Source of the DNA: a virus
IMG/VR virus record: IMGVR_UViG_3300045988_054358
Length of the DNA: 42,174 nt
Strand: one strand, 5' to 3'
Shown here: positions 8,661-16,598 of the stretch, in pieces
How the letters are laid out: each line of letters starts with the position of its first letter
How positions within the stretch are numbered: the stretch's first letter is position 1
Program-made: the position numbers and the translations under genes
The notes under the pieces: generated by a model
Told to the model about the DNA's origin: nothing
Database searches by the model: none
Seen by the model: the letters and a program-made list of their open reading frames with translations, nothing else

Positions 8661-8912
8661 TTATTTAATGTATTTCTCAGGGTGTAACCCCCGAGACTTA
8701 AGGAATTCTACGAAGTGTTTCAAAGTGGGGGTATCAAAGGAACCATCAAGAAGTTCAATTCTATAGGTACCCTCATTATCTACGCTTGCCACTGCCATAA
8801 AACCGGTAGAGTACTTTATGTATATTATAGTATCCTCAGATCTATTGATAAGGCACCTTTCGTTAGGATAATCAGTAAAATCAATAGCTTTCATAATAAT
8901 ATCCTTAGTCAT
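8661..8912 (-). CDS. early hypothetical protein
   Basis: ORF 8661..9005 trimmed to an internal ATG, giving an ATGA overlap with the upstream ORF. Confidence 0.35.
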   Translation of the reverse strand: MTKDIIMKAIDFTDYPNERCLINRSEDTIIYIKYSTGFMAVASVDNEGTYRIELLDGSFDTPTLKHFVEFLKSRGLHPEKYIK

Positions 8913-9099
8913 GCTTACGGACTTCAATAACGAGCCCTTTATTCTGTTCCATGAGTTTATAGGCCACACTTTCAGCTTTAGCTTTATCATTGAACAATGA
9001 GGCAAACATAATGTTTTTTACGAAAGCACCTTCAGATAAGTCTAAAGGCATAAACCGTGTCATATCTTCAGTTTTACCATAGAGAATGTAATATTTCAT
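8905..9099 (-). CDS. early hypothetical protein
   Basis: 64-aa ORF. Confidence 0.3.
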   Translation of the reverse strand: MKYYILYGKTEDMTRFMPLDLSEGAFVKNIMFASLFNDKAKAESVAYKLMEQNKGLVIEVRKHD

Positions 9100-9169
9100 G
9101 ATGATACCCCTAAGTTAATTAAATTTAATTAATTGTACAATCGACTATAGCTAATCAAATAGGTTTTAT

Positions 9170-9418
9170 TCAGGCCACAACCTGCATATACCCCGAGTAT
9201 ACAACCTGACCCGGGTTTTCTACTCTGATGGCCGAACCATCATTAAACTTGTATACTGTTGTGGGATCACAGGAGCCCGAGCCCTCCGCTAACTCCTTGA
9301 TAGCCTCATTATGGATTTTATCCATAAGGGGCCCCCATTCGTCCCAATCTTGACAATTATAACCCCAATCGTACGACATATTCGTATATTCTTCATAAAA
9401 TTTTTCAGCGGTTGTCAT
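9170..9418 (-). CDS. early hypothetical protein (acidic, Trp-rich; gene 0.3 position)
   Basis: 82 aa. Strong SD AAAGGAG 7 nt upstream. One of the first early-region ORFs. Confidence 0.45.
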   Translation of the reverse strand: MTTAEKFYEEYTNMSYDWGYNCQDWDEWGPLMDKIHNEAIKELAEGSGSCDPTTVYKFNDGSAIRVENPGQVVYSGYMQVVA

Positions 9419-9424
9419 GATATA

Positions 9425-9515
9425 AACTCCTTTAGGGTTTAGTTAAGTAAGTATATTGTTATCCCCTGATGCCTCAAGGGATAATGTATAGTTACTCTTT
9501 TGGAGCCTTACAAGT
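9425..9515 (-). promoter_or_regulatory. repeated early 5'-UTR hairpin element, copy B, putative RNase III site
   Basis: Homologous to 8165..8225 (gttaagtaagtatattgttatcccctga...agggata). Confidence 0.45.
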
Positions 9516-9602
9516 AAACATTACAAGTTCGCCCTGATTGTTCTTGTATTCTACAGTGACATTCCCCATGAATAACTTAAGTTTCTGTACCCTTTCCATA
9601 AT
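9492..9602 (-). CDS. possible 36-aa leader ORF (MERVQKLKLFMGNVTVEYKNNQGELVMFTCKAPKE)
   Basis: Hand-translated. Below the ORF-track size cutoff, weak SD, lies downstream of a sigma70-like promoter. Confidence 0.2.
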   Translation of the reverse strand: MMERVQKLKLFMGNVTVEYKNNQGELVMFTCKAPKE

Positions 9603-9614
9603 TGAACAATGCGA

Positions 9615-9643
9615 ATATTAAAGAATAGGCAAATAGCTGTCTA
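9615..9643 (-). promoter_or_regulatory. sigma70-like early promoter (TAGACA-17-TAATAT on the minus strand)
   Basis: Hexamers read by eye. 17-nt spacer. Points into the early genes. Confidence 0.35.
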
Positions 9644-9760
9644 TAGGGACAAACCCTAAGGTGCTATTGGTTACCCTTTGGCCTCTCTTTTGCATTCCAG
9701 TCGCACCCGCGTAACACAAGGATTTCTATTTGTCAAGTGTCAGCTTGATGCTGTCAACCT

Positions 9761-9888
9761 AGGGTTTTCCCTATTAGCTGCCCTGTTGGCTCTATACACT
9801 AATGACTATTAGTTGTCAAGCATCATTAGGGTTTTCCCCTATTAAGAAGCCCTAGCAGATTAGCTATTAGTTGTCTATTAGGGTTTTC
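9761..9888. repeat. three copies of the palindrome TAGGGTTTTCCC(C)TA at roughly 55-60 bp spacing, next to -35-like boxes
   Basis: Copies at about 9761-9776, 9826-9842 and 9871-9887. Confidence 0.6.
9791..9819 (-). promoter_or_regulatory. strong sigma70-like early promoter (TTGACA-17-TATAGA on the minus strand)
   Basis: Perfect -35, 17-nt spacer, 5/6 -10. Preceded by the palindromic TAGGGTTTTCCCTA element. Analogous to T7 A1-A3. Confidence 0.5.
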
Positions 9889-9920
9889 CCTAGGTACCAA
9901 CAGATAATCATAAAAGTACC

Positions 9921-9962
9921 CCTAAAGTAGTACCCCTAAAGTAGTACCCCAACTACTCCCTA
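9921..9962. repeat. short tandem array GTACCCCTAAAGTA x2 plus a degenerate third copy
   Basis: Sequence aaaagtacccctaaagtagtacccctaaagtagtaccccaactac. Confidence 0.6.
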
Positions 9963-10469
9963 ATAGGTAATCCCATTGACTAACCTAAAGAGACAGAGGC
10001 CCATCAAGATTATACTACAGTTTCCAAATGATAACCATAAGGGTTATCCCTAATTGAAACCTCTTGACTTTTCTTTAGTTTCTCTTTAGAATTACCGAGG
10101 GCTCCGAGGCACCCCACCGGGGGACACTCAGGGGGGAGCTCTACTTAATTGTCTACATAGATTTTTACTCAATTTTTCTAAAGACACCCCTAAAGATATC
10201 CCCATTAGGGAATACCATTAGATAGACCCCACAAGGAACCTCAATAACCCATCAATATCACCACTAGCAAGATAGATAATCAACAGCACTATGGTAACTA
10301 TTAGTTTAACAGTAGAGACCACTCTAGGGGTTCTTAAGAGGTCTCTTATAACCTTAATCATCCTCTTCATAGCTAGCAACAATAAAAAAATCCCCTAGGG
10401 AACCCATTCGGTAATCTCATTACCATTCGGGAACACTAGGGGAGCAATCTAGGAGTTATCTATTAGATA

Positions 10470-10556
10470 CCTTAAAGGGGCATTAGGATACACCTTAAAG
10501 GGACATTAAGTAATACCTTAAAGGGGCTTTAAGTATACCCTTAAAGGGAGATACCG
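10470..10556. repeat. four copies of ACC(T)TAAAGGG(G) at about 21-bp spacing (terminal-repeat-flanking array?)
   Basis: Sequence ataccttaaagggg...acaccttaaaggga...ataccttaaagggg...atacccttaaaggga. Confidence 0.6.
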
Positions 10557-10586
10557 GGATATGCTTATATATATACCTGTCGGGGG

Positions 10587-10610
10587 CCCTTCCGAAATAT
10601 GTAACCTAAT
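10587..10610 (-). promoter_or_regulatory. variant phage-RNAP promoter (ATTAGGTTACATATTTCGGAAGGG), phiOR-like position after the terminase gene
   Basis: Differs from the consensus at two positions. Located at the right genome end. Confidence 0.4.
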
Positions 10611-10675
10611 TAAGTAGGTTATTAGTGTAACCTTATAATTTTGAAAAGGTATAATTAACGGTATACTTTTTCTTA

Positions 10676-11971
10676 TTATCTTCTTATATGATATCCTGTC
10701 TTAGGTCTACTGTAGTAGATTGTACCCTTAGAGACACTACTAGTAGAGGTATCCCGAGTATCTTTAATGTTGTCTCCAATATCATTAGTGACAAACCCAA
10801 AGAAGCTCTCAAGATGCTCTTCAAGCCACTGCTCAGTAACCTCATTGATGCCTTCATCAGCATCTATACCCATGAAGTCAATAAGATAGGCTACACCCTG
10901 AGCTAGTGCATCAAGTCTATCATCATGCTTTAAGGAACCTTTGTCTCTTGTAATTCTAGTTAATTGATAGAAACAGGAGTACTTATAGTCACTTTCAGGA
11001 ACACTTGTAGCATCCTTTTGGATACACTCAGGGGACACTACCATTTTATGATTAGTAATGACAGGCTCAAGTGTATCAATAATGCGTTGTTCCTTCTGTC
11101 CCTTTGATCTCACTTCAGTACACCCACAGCCCCCATAGACAGCCTTTAAGACAGGCTCAAAGAGCTTAGTGTACATCCCGTCACCAAAGTTACCTTCAAT
11201 GACTACCTCATTTACTTTCCATTTCTTAGCAACCCTAGCTAATTTATCAAGAGTGACATCAGAATACCCACTAGTGAAGCCCCCTGTTTCCATCACATAG
11301 ATGAACCCATTGAGCCAATACAGTACTGCATATCCTGTTTCATCTGAGCCTCTACCTGATGGGTCAATAGACATCATTTTGTACCCATAAGGTTGCATCT
11401 GATCAGAAGCAGAGAAGAAATAAAAGTAGCCATCACCCTTAAGACCCAAGTTGGTAACCTGATTAGGATCACACCTCTTAGTTACGTCAGGAAGCCACGA
11501 GAGCTTCATTGGAGCCTCAGAGGTATCAAAGGTACCCACAAGCAAATCTCGAAGCTTTAAGGGGTATTTATTGGCATCATTGAGGGTAGTATCGAGCATG
11601 AACTGAAGCATGAAACCAGCTCTACCATAAGAGAGTTCACGCTTCTGTAAGTCCATATCATCGAATCTTAAGGGATCGGTAGGTTTCCCTGCAATCTTAG
11701 GATCATTATCGTACTTATCAGCAATAAACTTAGCTAAACGAGTACCATAAGTTCTCCTATGTTTTTCATCATAAGGGAATCTCGCAGGGTAAATGATACA
11801 GGTATACCCTCTTTCTTGTAGCTCATTATAAAGAGACATCTCATTCTGAGGAGTACCTAGGTAAATAATCTGAGATTTATCCCCCGGTTTAATCACAGAG
11901 TCAAACTCCTTCACGAGTTCTGAGAGTTTATCTCTAAGTACCTGAGTAAAGGAGTTCTTCGGAACTTCCAC
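10676..11971 (-). CDS. terminase large subunit, exon 2 (C-terminal 431 aa)
   Basis: Begins VEVPKNS... and aligns with T7 gp19 VEIPSNS...VIYLGTPQTEM..., continuing to the C-terminus (GYAVLY.LNG.IY.ME.GG...DGMF.K, HDDRLDALA). Confidence 0.9.
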   Translation of the reverse strand: MEVPKNSFTQVLRDKLSELVKEFDSVIKPGDKSQIIYLGTPQNEMSLYNELQERGYTCIIYPARFPYDEKHRRTYGTRLAKFIADKYDNDPKIAGKPTDPLRFDDMDLQKRELSYGRAGFMLQFMLDTTLNDANKYPLKLRDLLVGTFDTSEAPMKLSWLPDVTKRCDPNQVTNLGLKGDGYFYFFSASDQMQPYGYKMMSIDPSGRGSDETGYAVLYWLNGFIYVMETGGFTSGYSDVTLDKLARVAKKWKVNEVVIEGNFGDGMYTKLFEPVLKAVYGGCGCTEVRSKGQKEQRIIDTLEPVITNHKMVVSPECIQKDATSVPESDYKYSCFYQLTRITRDKGSLKHDDRLDALAQGVAYLIDFMGIDADEGINEVTEQWLEEHLESFFGFVTNDIGDNIKDTRDTSTSSVSKGTIYYSRPKTGYHIRR

Positions 11972-12754
11972 CTTTATGTTAGGGTAAGGTCGTTAGTCTT
12001 ACCCCATCGTCTTTTTAGTGAATCTACTGCATTTTCAGTAGCAGATACAAACTTACAGTGATCCCTAGAGTAGATCCCACAGTTGCCCTTCTTGATGTCC
12101 TTATCAAGATGCATACTAGAATCTTTCTCCCAGTCTTCATAACCTTCAACCTCATGAATTGTATTCAAAAAGGTAGTAAAGTTATGCCACCTAGGATCTA
12201 CCACACAGCCTACATAGCTAGTCTTGTAGTTACCATAGGCTCTCTTAAGCATATTAGCCCACAGGTCATAGATTCTACGGATGATGCTATTAGAGCCTCT
12301 ATCAGGTATTCTAATAGGAGACCCCATAAAACCCACACCATAGACTGTAGGTTTCATAAAGTCCTCAAACTTGCCTGCCTTAATGTTACACGTCTGAACA
12401 TCTATGACTGTACCAGTCTCGACAAACTGAATGACAGCCCTAGGATGTTTGGTTTTACCATTAGGAAGTTTTTGTTTCTTAGTCCTAGACAGAATCTTAA
12501 TAAGACCTTTAGGAGTTTCGTAAGTTTTGTTAATTTCGTACATAGTTATGTTCCTTATAATTGACGATGCTTCATATCTCTATGAAGACCAGACTATATC
12601 TTGTGCTCACTTAGAGCACCCCCATTTTTCGAGTCACTTGGCTCTACATAATAGTCGTTACACCTGCTATAAAGCTCGGCTCGGTATTGTCTTTCCTAGT
12701 TAGGACTGAGTTTCACCGAATTTAAGGGGTTTAGAGACGACATGGTTAAAGTTT
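11972..12754 (-). mobile_element. group I intron (783 nt) in the terminase large subunit gene
   Basis: Removing it restores ...[11 protein letters not shown]|VEVPKNS... (T7: ADDVEIPSNS). The 5' exon ends GAU, the intron ends ...CAUAAAG. Core elements: P AAUUCGGUGAAAC (12713-12725), Q GACAAUACCGAGC (12677-12690), R GUAACGACUAU (12651-12661), S CAAGAUAUAGUCU (12581-12593). Confidence 0.8.
11974..12543 (-). CDS. intron-encoded ORF, 189 aa, family not recognised (candidate homing endonuclease)
   Basis: Sits in the 3' half of the terminase intron. Its stop TAA is 2 nt before the 3' splice site. No clear LAGLIDADG, GIY-YIG or HNH signature. Confidence 0.5.
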   Translation of the reverse strand: MYEINKTYETPKGLIKILSRTKKQKLPNGKTKHPRAVIQFVETGTVIDVQTCNIKAGKFEDFMKPTVYGVGFMGSPIRIPDRGSNSIIRRIYDLWANMLKRAYGNYKTSYVGCVVDPRWHNFTTFLNTIHEVEGYEDWEKDSSMHLDKDIKKGNCGIYSRDHCKFVSATENAVDSLKRRWGKTNDLTLT

Positions 12755-13228
12755 ATCGTCTGCCACAATGAGATCAGCACGGGAACCCGTAAGTTGCCCT
12801 TCGATGCCCACAGATTTCAAGCTAGGGGAGTGATCGGGTCTAGCAGGGCCTACATCAAAGAGATTCTGTGTATCTCTCTGTCCTTCTCTAGCCTTAAGGT
12901 GTTCCAAGAAGGGAAGAGTATTCATGATTTTCTTAATAAAGACAGCATTAGCATCAGCTCTTTCTTTATTAGCAGAGACAATCATGATCTTAATCTGTGG
13001 GTCTCTCCATAGTCTCCACACAGAGTAAGCACAAGTAATAAAACTCTTGGCTACCCCTCGGAACCCTTCAAGGATAAATCTGTTGTTAGGGAGATTCTGA
13101 AGTGTCTTAGCGATATCCAACTGGACAGCAGTAGGTCTAGGAAGCCCAATGTACTTCCATACAAGACCTACAAACAGAGGAAAATTATCATAGAAATCTT
13201 TAAGAGATTCTTGCGAATTCAATTTCAT
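12755..13228 (-). CDS. terminase large subunit, exon 1 (N-terminal 158 aa)
   Basis: [47 protein letters not shown]...[11 protein letters not shown] matches the T7 gp19 N-terminal ATPase region. The unspliced reading frame stops 2 codons later (KL*). Confidence 0.9.
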
Positions 13229-13454
13229 CTCCTAAGTTTTCTTTAACATTCTCCATGATTTTCTTTAAGGTATCTCCTGCCTCATCTCCAGCCTTAGGGA
13301 CACAATCAATGCCATTTCTCTCTAACTCCTTAATGACAGCATTATAGAGCTGAGGTGTTCTCTTTTCTGGATTTCTTAAGTCTTCGAGCATATCGTTTAG
13401 CATAGTTTTGTGTATATGCCCAAGAATATCTTCTAGTTCTTTTCTTTCTGTCAT
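13200..13454 (-). CDS. terminase small subunit (T7 gp18-like)
   Basis: 84 aa. [22 protein letters not shown] matches gp18 ADLSDHERRSPQLYNAIINKL. Confidence 0.75.
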   Translation of the reverse strand: MTERKELEDILGHIHKTMLNDMLEDLRNPEKRTPQLYNAVIKELERNGIDCVPKAGDEAGDTLKKIMENVKENLGDEIEFARIS

Positions 13455-13665
13455 TTGTTTCCTTTGTGATTACAATCTTTGGAAAGAAAGTCTTCCTGAT
13501 TAACACTACAACAGCAATTACTGTATAGATGATAGTAACTACATAAATCCATTCGTGTAGTGTTAAACCAAGAAGAGTAAAAGAGGATACAGCTACAGGT
13601 GGGACGGCATAAGTACACACTGAGGGTACATCAACTGATTCCACTATTTTCTCTATCCTCTCCAT
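13342..13665 (-). CDS. holin-like membrane protein (two hydrophobic segments, basic C-terminal tail)
   Basis: 107 aa. The 3' 113 nt overlap the terminase small gene in another frame, so the exact extent is uncertain. Confidence 0.35.
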   Translation of the reverse strand: MERIEKIVESVDVPSVCTYAVPPVAVSSFTLLGLTLHEWIYVVTIIYTVIAVVVLIRKTFFPKIVITKETNDRKKRTRRYSWAYTQNYAKRYARRLKKSRKENTSAL

Positions 13666-13667
13666 AG

Positions 13668-13922
13668 TTAGACGCTAAGGAAAGCCTTAATGTTCTCTTC
13701 AGTGAAGTCCTTATACATCTGCTTCTTGTTCCATCTCAGAGTAGGCAACCCATGAAGAGACAAGTCCTTTAAGGCTTCCTCTCGAACGCCCTCCAAATGG
13801 ACATCCACAAGGATAACCCCCTGTTCATTACAGACACGCTCAACAATAGGGGCAACCTCTTTACAGGTCTTACAATTGGGCATCATATAGAAAAAAGCTG
13901 TAGGTTTCATATTATCAGCCAT
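13668..13922 (-). CDS. glutaredoxin/NrdH-like redoxin (CxxC)
   Basis: From MADNMKPTAFFYMMPNCKTCKE. Thioredoxin-fold pattern. Immediately follows NrdD. Confidence 0.55.
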   Translation of the reverse strand: MADNMKPTAFFYMMPNCKTCKEVAPIVERVCNEQGVILVDVHLEGVREEALKDLSLHGLPTLRWNKKQMYKDFTEENIKAFLSV

Positions 13923-13941
13923 AGTAGTATTCCTTATTATA

Positions 13942-16071
13942 TTACATTGATTTTCTTTCTTTAATCTCAACCATCTTGCCATCATTCATTCGAGTATGGC
14001 CCTTAATGTTACTGTAGCCCAAATAACCACAGACACGAGAGACAACAGAGATATTACTAGAGCCACACACAGGGCACTTAAAAAGTACGTTAGTGCTATG
14101 ATTATGGCAATCCTCACAGTATGCGGCATCAAAGTTAACACCCTGATAAAATCCCTGAGACATTCCCTTAAGGATAACCGCCTCAAGTGCCTTGAGATTC
14201 TTTGGGTTAGTAATCTTTACATACTGAATGTGACCACCATTACATTTGTGGAAAAATTCGTACTCTTCATCTTGTTTTTCAAAAGGCGTGACGTCTTCGG
14301 TAACTTTAAGATGAAAGGAATTAGTGAAGTATTCTCCAAATTGAGTATCACCAGTGAAATCTCTATATTGTTTTGCTTGGGTTGCACACAAAGACTCCGC
14401 AGGAGTACCATATAAAGCATAAAGATAATGATCTTCTTTTTTGTAATCCTGAATGAGTTTGTTAATGAAGTCCAAGCATTGATTAGCAAATTCTTTAGTC
14501 TCATGAAGTCCTTTACCATTAGTCCATAACACAGTAGCCTCATGAAGGGCAGTAATACCAAAAGAGGCTGTCATATAGTTTACAAGATCACCAACTTCAT
14601 CATCAGGCTTTAAGAATCCCTTATAGAATCCCCCTTGAGTGAATGCCATAGGATTAGTAGAAGCCCTAGTGTGTCTGATGATGTCATAGCGTTTCTTAAG
14701 GAACTCTCTGATTGCTTCCATTCGATCCTTAAGGACATCCCAGAAGTGATCTCTCCAAGATTCTCCAAAGTCTCTCTTACAGACTGCCATAATGACAGGA
14801 AGGTTAAGAGAAACTGCTCCAATATTGCATCTACCAATAGTGATATACTTGCCTGTATCAGGATCAGCCCAAGGAGTGAGATACGCCCGGCATCCCATCG
14901 GTGACGTAATAGCCCCGTGGTTAATAAAGGTATCTGCTACAACATTATGCTCAGGATCACCCCTCAAAGAGAGCCAATCGGGATACATACACTTAGAGGA
15001 ACACTCGATAGCCTTAGTGTAAATCTGTTTGGAATACAAATCGTTATTAACTTGTTCTTCATCAAACAGGTAGACCAGCTTAGGAAACACGACCTGTTTT
15101 CCCCCATGCCCCTTCATTCGAGTGTCAAGCATGATGGTATCAATAAGACAAAGGATATTACGATCTTCAGCACTCAGGTGTTCCCAATCGAATTGCCCAA
15201 AAGTAATCGTAGTGAAAGCAAAGTCACCACGAGAGCACGGAATGGTATTTACCTTAAGTTCCATACTCTGAAAACCCTGAGTGAGTTCTCTAGTTAGGGT
15301 TTCCCACACAAAGTTCTCACACTGAGAGTCATCACTGAAGTATTTCTTATAGAGTTCTCTAGCAGTTTTCATAGTCTTCTTGCAGTAAGGCAAAAGAACC
15401 TTATCGAGTTCTGCAAGGGTGAACCCACCGAACTGCTGAGCTGTGGCAATAAGAGTAACATCACCGATAACCTGAAGGGCACTAAGGACACTATTAGGTT
15501 CTGTATAGGTCGTATTGGACATCTCAAAGCCACCCTTCAAGACAGTCCCAATATCAAAAAGACAACAATTGACAGACCCTAAGATCATATCTCGGAGATC
15601 ATGAATATAAATGTCACCTCTCTTGGTGAGTGCCTTTTCTTCTGTGCTCAGATAGAATTGCTTATAGAGAGCCTTAGTGAGATACCCACGGATGAGACTA
15701 CCTTTGGTAGAACTAAGAGAGCTATCAAAGTTAGCATTCTCTTTGTCTCCCAAGAAGAGAACATTATCAGCTTCTTTCTTAAGGTTCTCAAATTCCTTCA
15801 CGTAGGTGTTCTTATAGTCCCTGTATTCCTGATAGGCTTTAGAAATCTCAGGGAAGTTCTCAAAGGCTAAGTAATGGATTACCAAAGAGTGAAGCTCAGA
15901 GACACTTACTGAATCCCTATCTTTGATCTCAGAGAGAACTCCGAGAATAACTCTTTCAATGGAGAAATCAGTAATAGGACACTTGCACCTTTCAGCGGCC
16001 TTATGGATAGCCACTTTGATCTTATTAGTATCCCAAGGTTCCTGAGTGTTGTCTTTCTTTGTAACGTTCAT
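13942..16071 (-). CDS. nrdD: anaerobic ribonucleoside-triphosphate reductase (class III RNR, NrdD)
   Basis: 709 aa. N-terminal ATP-cone, C-terminal Zn-ribbon CEDCHNHS...CPVCGS, and the glycyl-radical motif RVCGYLG. Confidence 0.9.
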   Translation of the reverse strand: MNVTKKDNTQEPWDTNKIKVAIHKAAERCKCPITDFSIERVILGVLSEIKDRDSVSVSELHSLVIHYLAFENFPEISKAYQEYRDYKNTYVKEFENLKKEADNVLFLGDKENANFDSSLSSTKGSLIRGYLTKALYKQFYLSTEEKALTKRGDIYIHDLRDMILGSVNCCLFDIGTVLKGGFEMSNTTYTEPNSVLSALQVIGDVTLIATAQQFGGFTLAELDKVLLPYCKKTMKTARELYKKYFSDDSQCENFVWETLTRELTQGFQSMELKVNTIPCSRGDFAFTTITFGQFDWEHLSAEDRNILCLIDTIMLDTRMKGHGGKQVVFPKLVYLFDEEQVNNDLYSKQIYTKAIECSSKCMYPDWLSLRGDPEHNVVADTFINHGAITSPMGCRAYLTPWADPDTGKYITIGRCNIGAVSLNLPVIMAVCKRDFGESWRDHFWDVLKDRMEAIREFLKKRYDIIRHTRASTNPMAFTQGGFYKGFLKPDDEVGDLVNYMTASFGITALHEATVLWTNGKGLHETKEFANQCLDFINKLIQDYKKEDHYLYALYGTPAESLCATQAKQYRDFTGDTQFGEYFTNSFHLKVTEDVTPFEKQDEEYEFFHKCNGGHIQYVKITNPKNLKALEAVILKGMSQGFYQGVNFDAAYCEDCHNHSTNVLFKCPVCGSSNISVVSRVCGYLGYSNIKGHTRMNDGKMVEIKERKSM

Positions 16072-16097
16072 ATAACTCCTAGATTGTACTTATTAAA

Positions 16098-16241
16098 TTA
16101 CTTATTAGCCTTCTCAATGCTGAGCAGATAGTAGATAGCCTTATAGGCATCCTTATACTTTCTAATATCCTCAGCACTGTGATAAGATTCTTTATTAAGC
16201 TTTTCTACAGCTTCAAGAAGCTTATGCTTAGACATAGCCAT
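16098..16241 (-). CDS. small hypothetical protein (47 aa, no TM segment)
   Basis: ORF 16098..16352 trimmed to ATGGCTATG, which follows an AAGGAA SD. Confidence 0.3.
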   Translation of the reverse strand: MAMSKHKLLEAVEKLNKESYHSAEDIRKYKDAYKAIYYLLSIEKANK

Positions 16242-16587
16242 CACTTTCCTTACGGAGGAACTTAGGCACAGCAGGCCAACGAACATTTCTAGGGAAACCT
16301 TCCTGAACAGGGAGGTCTCTAAGAGCCTGTCTGTAAACCTTAAGTTCCTCAAGGTTCTGAGGATTCGCGGGGTAGTCAGGCATGAGATAGTAGTCAGTCT
16401 CAGTAATGAGTCTGTCTCTCTTAGCCCTTACTATCATAGCAATCTCCGAATCATCAGGTTCGGGATTCTGAATAATTTGATACCCCCCGTCTATCTGTTG
16501 AATACTACAGTCACCCCTGGTGTTACACCAAATAGCCGCTTCGGGGGGGTAGATATTGGGAAACTTTTGATTAATATAGAAGTCCAT
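16228..16587 (-). CDS. tail fiber assembly protein (Tfa-like chaperone)
   Basis: 119 aa. The C-terminal KVYRQALRDLPVQEGFPRNVRWPAVP matches the conserved Tfa C-terminal motif (YR..L..V....P.IEWPAVP). Confidence 0.7.
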   Translation of the reverse strand: MDFYINQKFPNIYPPEAAIWCNTRGDCSIQQIDGGYQIIQNPEPDDSEIAMIVRAKRDRLITETDYYLMPDYPANPQNLEELKVYRQALRDLPVQEGFPRNVRWPAVPKFLRKESDGYV

Positions 16588-16598
16588 TTATGATCCTT

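Noticed and set aside
9700-9760. Two additional TTGACA hexamers (9731-9736 and 9752-9757, minus sense) as further early promoters
   Set aside because: No acceptable -10 hexamer at 16-18 nt spacing for either. Only the 9791-9819 and 9615-9643 pairs have both elements.
10470-10556. Regularly spaced short repeats that look superficially like a mini CRISPR array
   Set aside because: The repeat unit is only about 11 bp at about 21-bp periodicity, there are four copies, and there are no cas genes. It fits T7-type terminal-repeat-flanking arrays better.
11972-12754. Split terminase interpreted as an intein, or as two independent genes separated by a free-standing endonuclease
   Set aside because: The insertion has stop codons in all frames relative to the exons, and the inner ORF is in a different frame, so it is not an intein. 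The shared P/Q/R/S core with the portal and capsid insertions and the U...G boundary rule favour an intron over a simple gene split. The split-gene alternative is kept as what cDNA would need to exclude.
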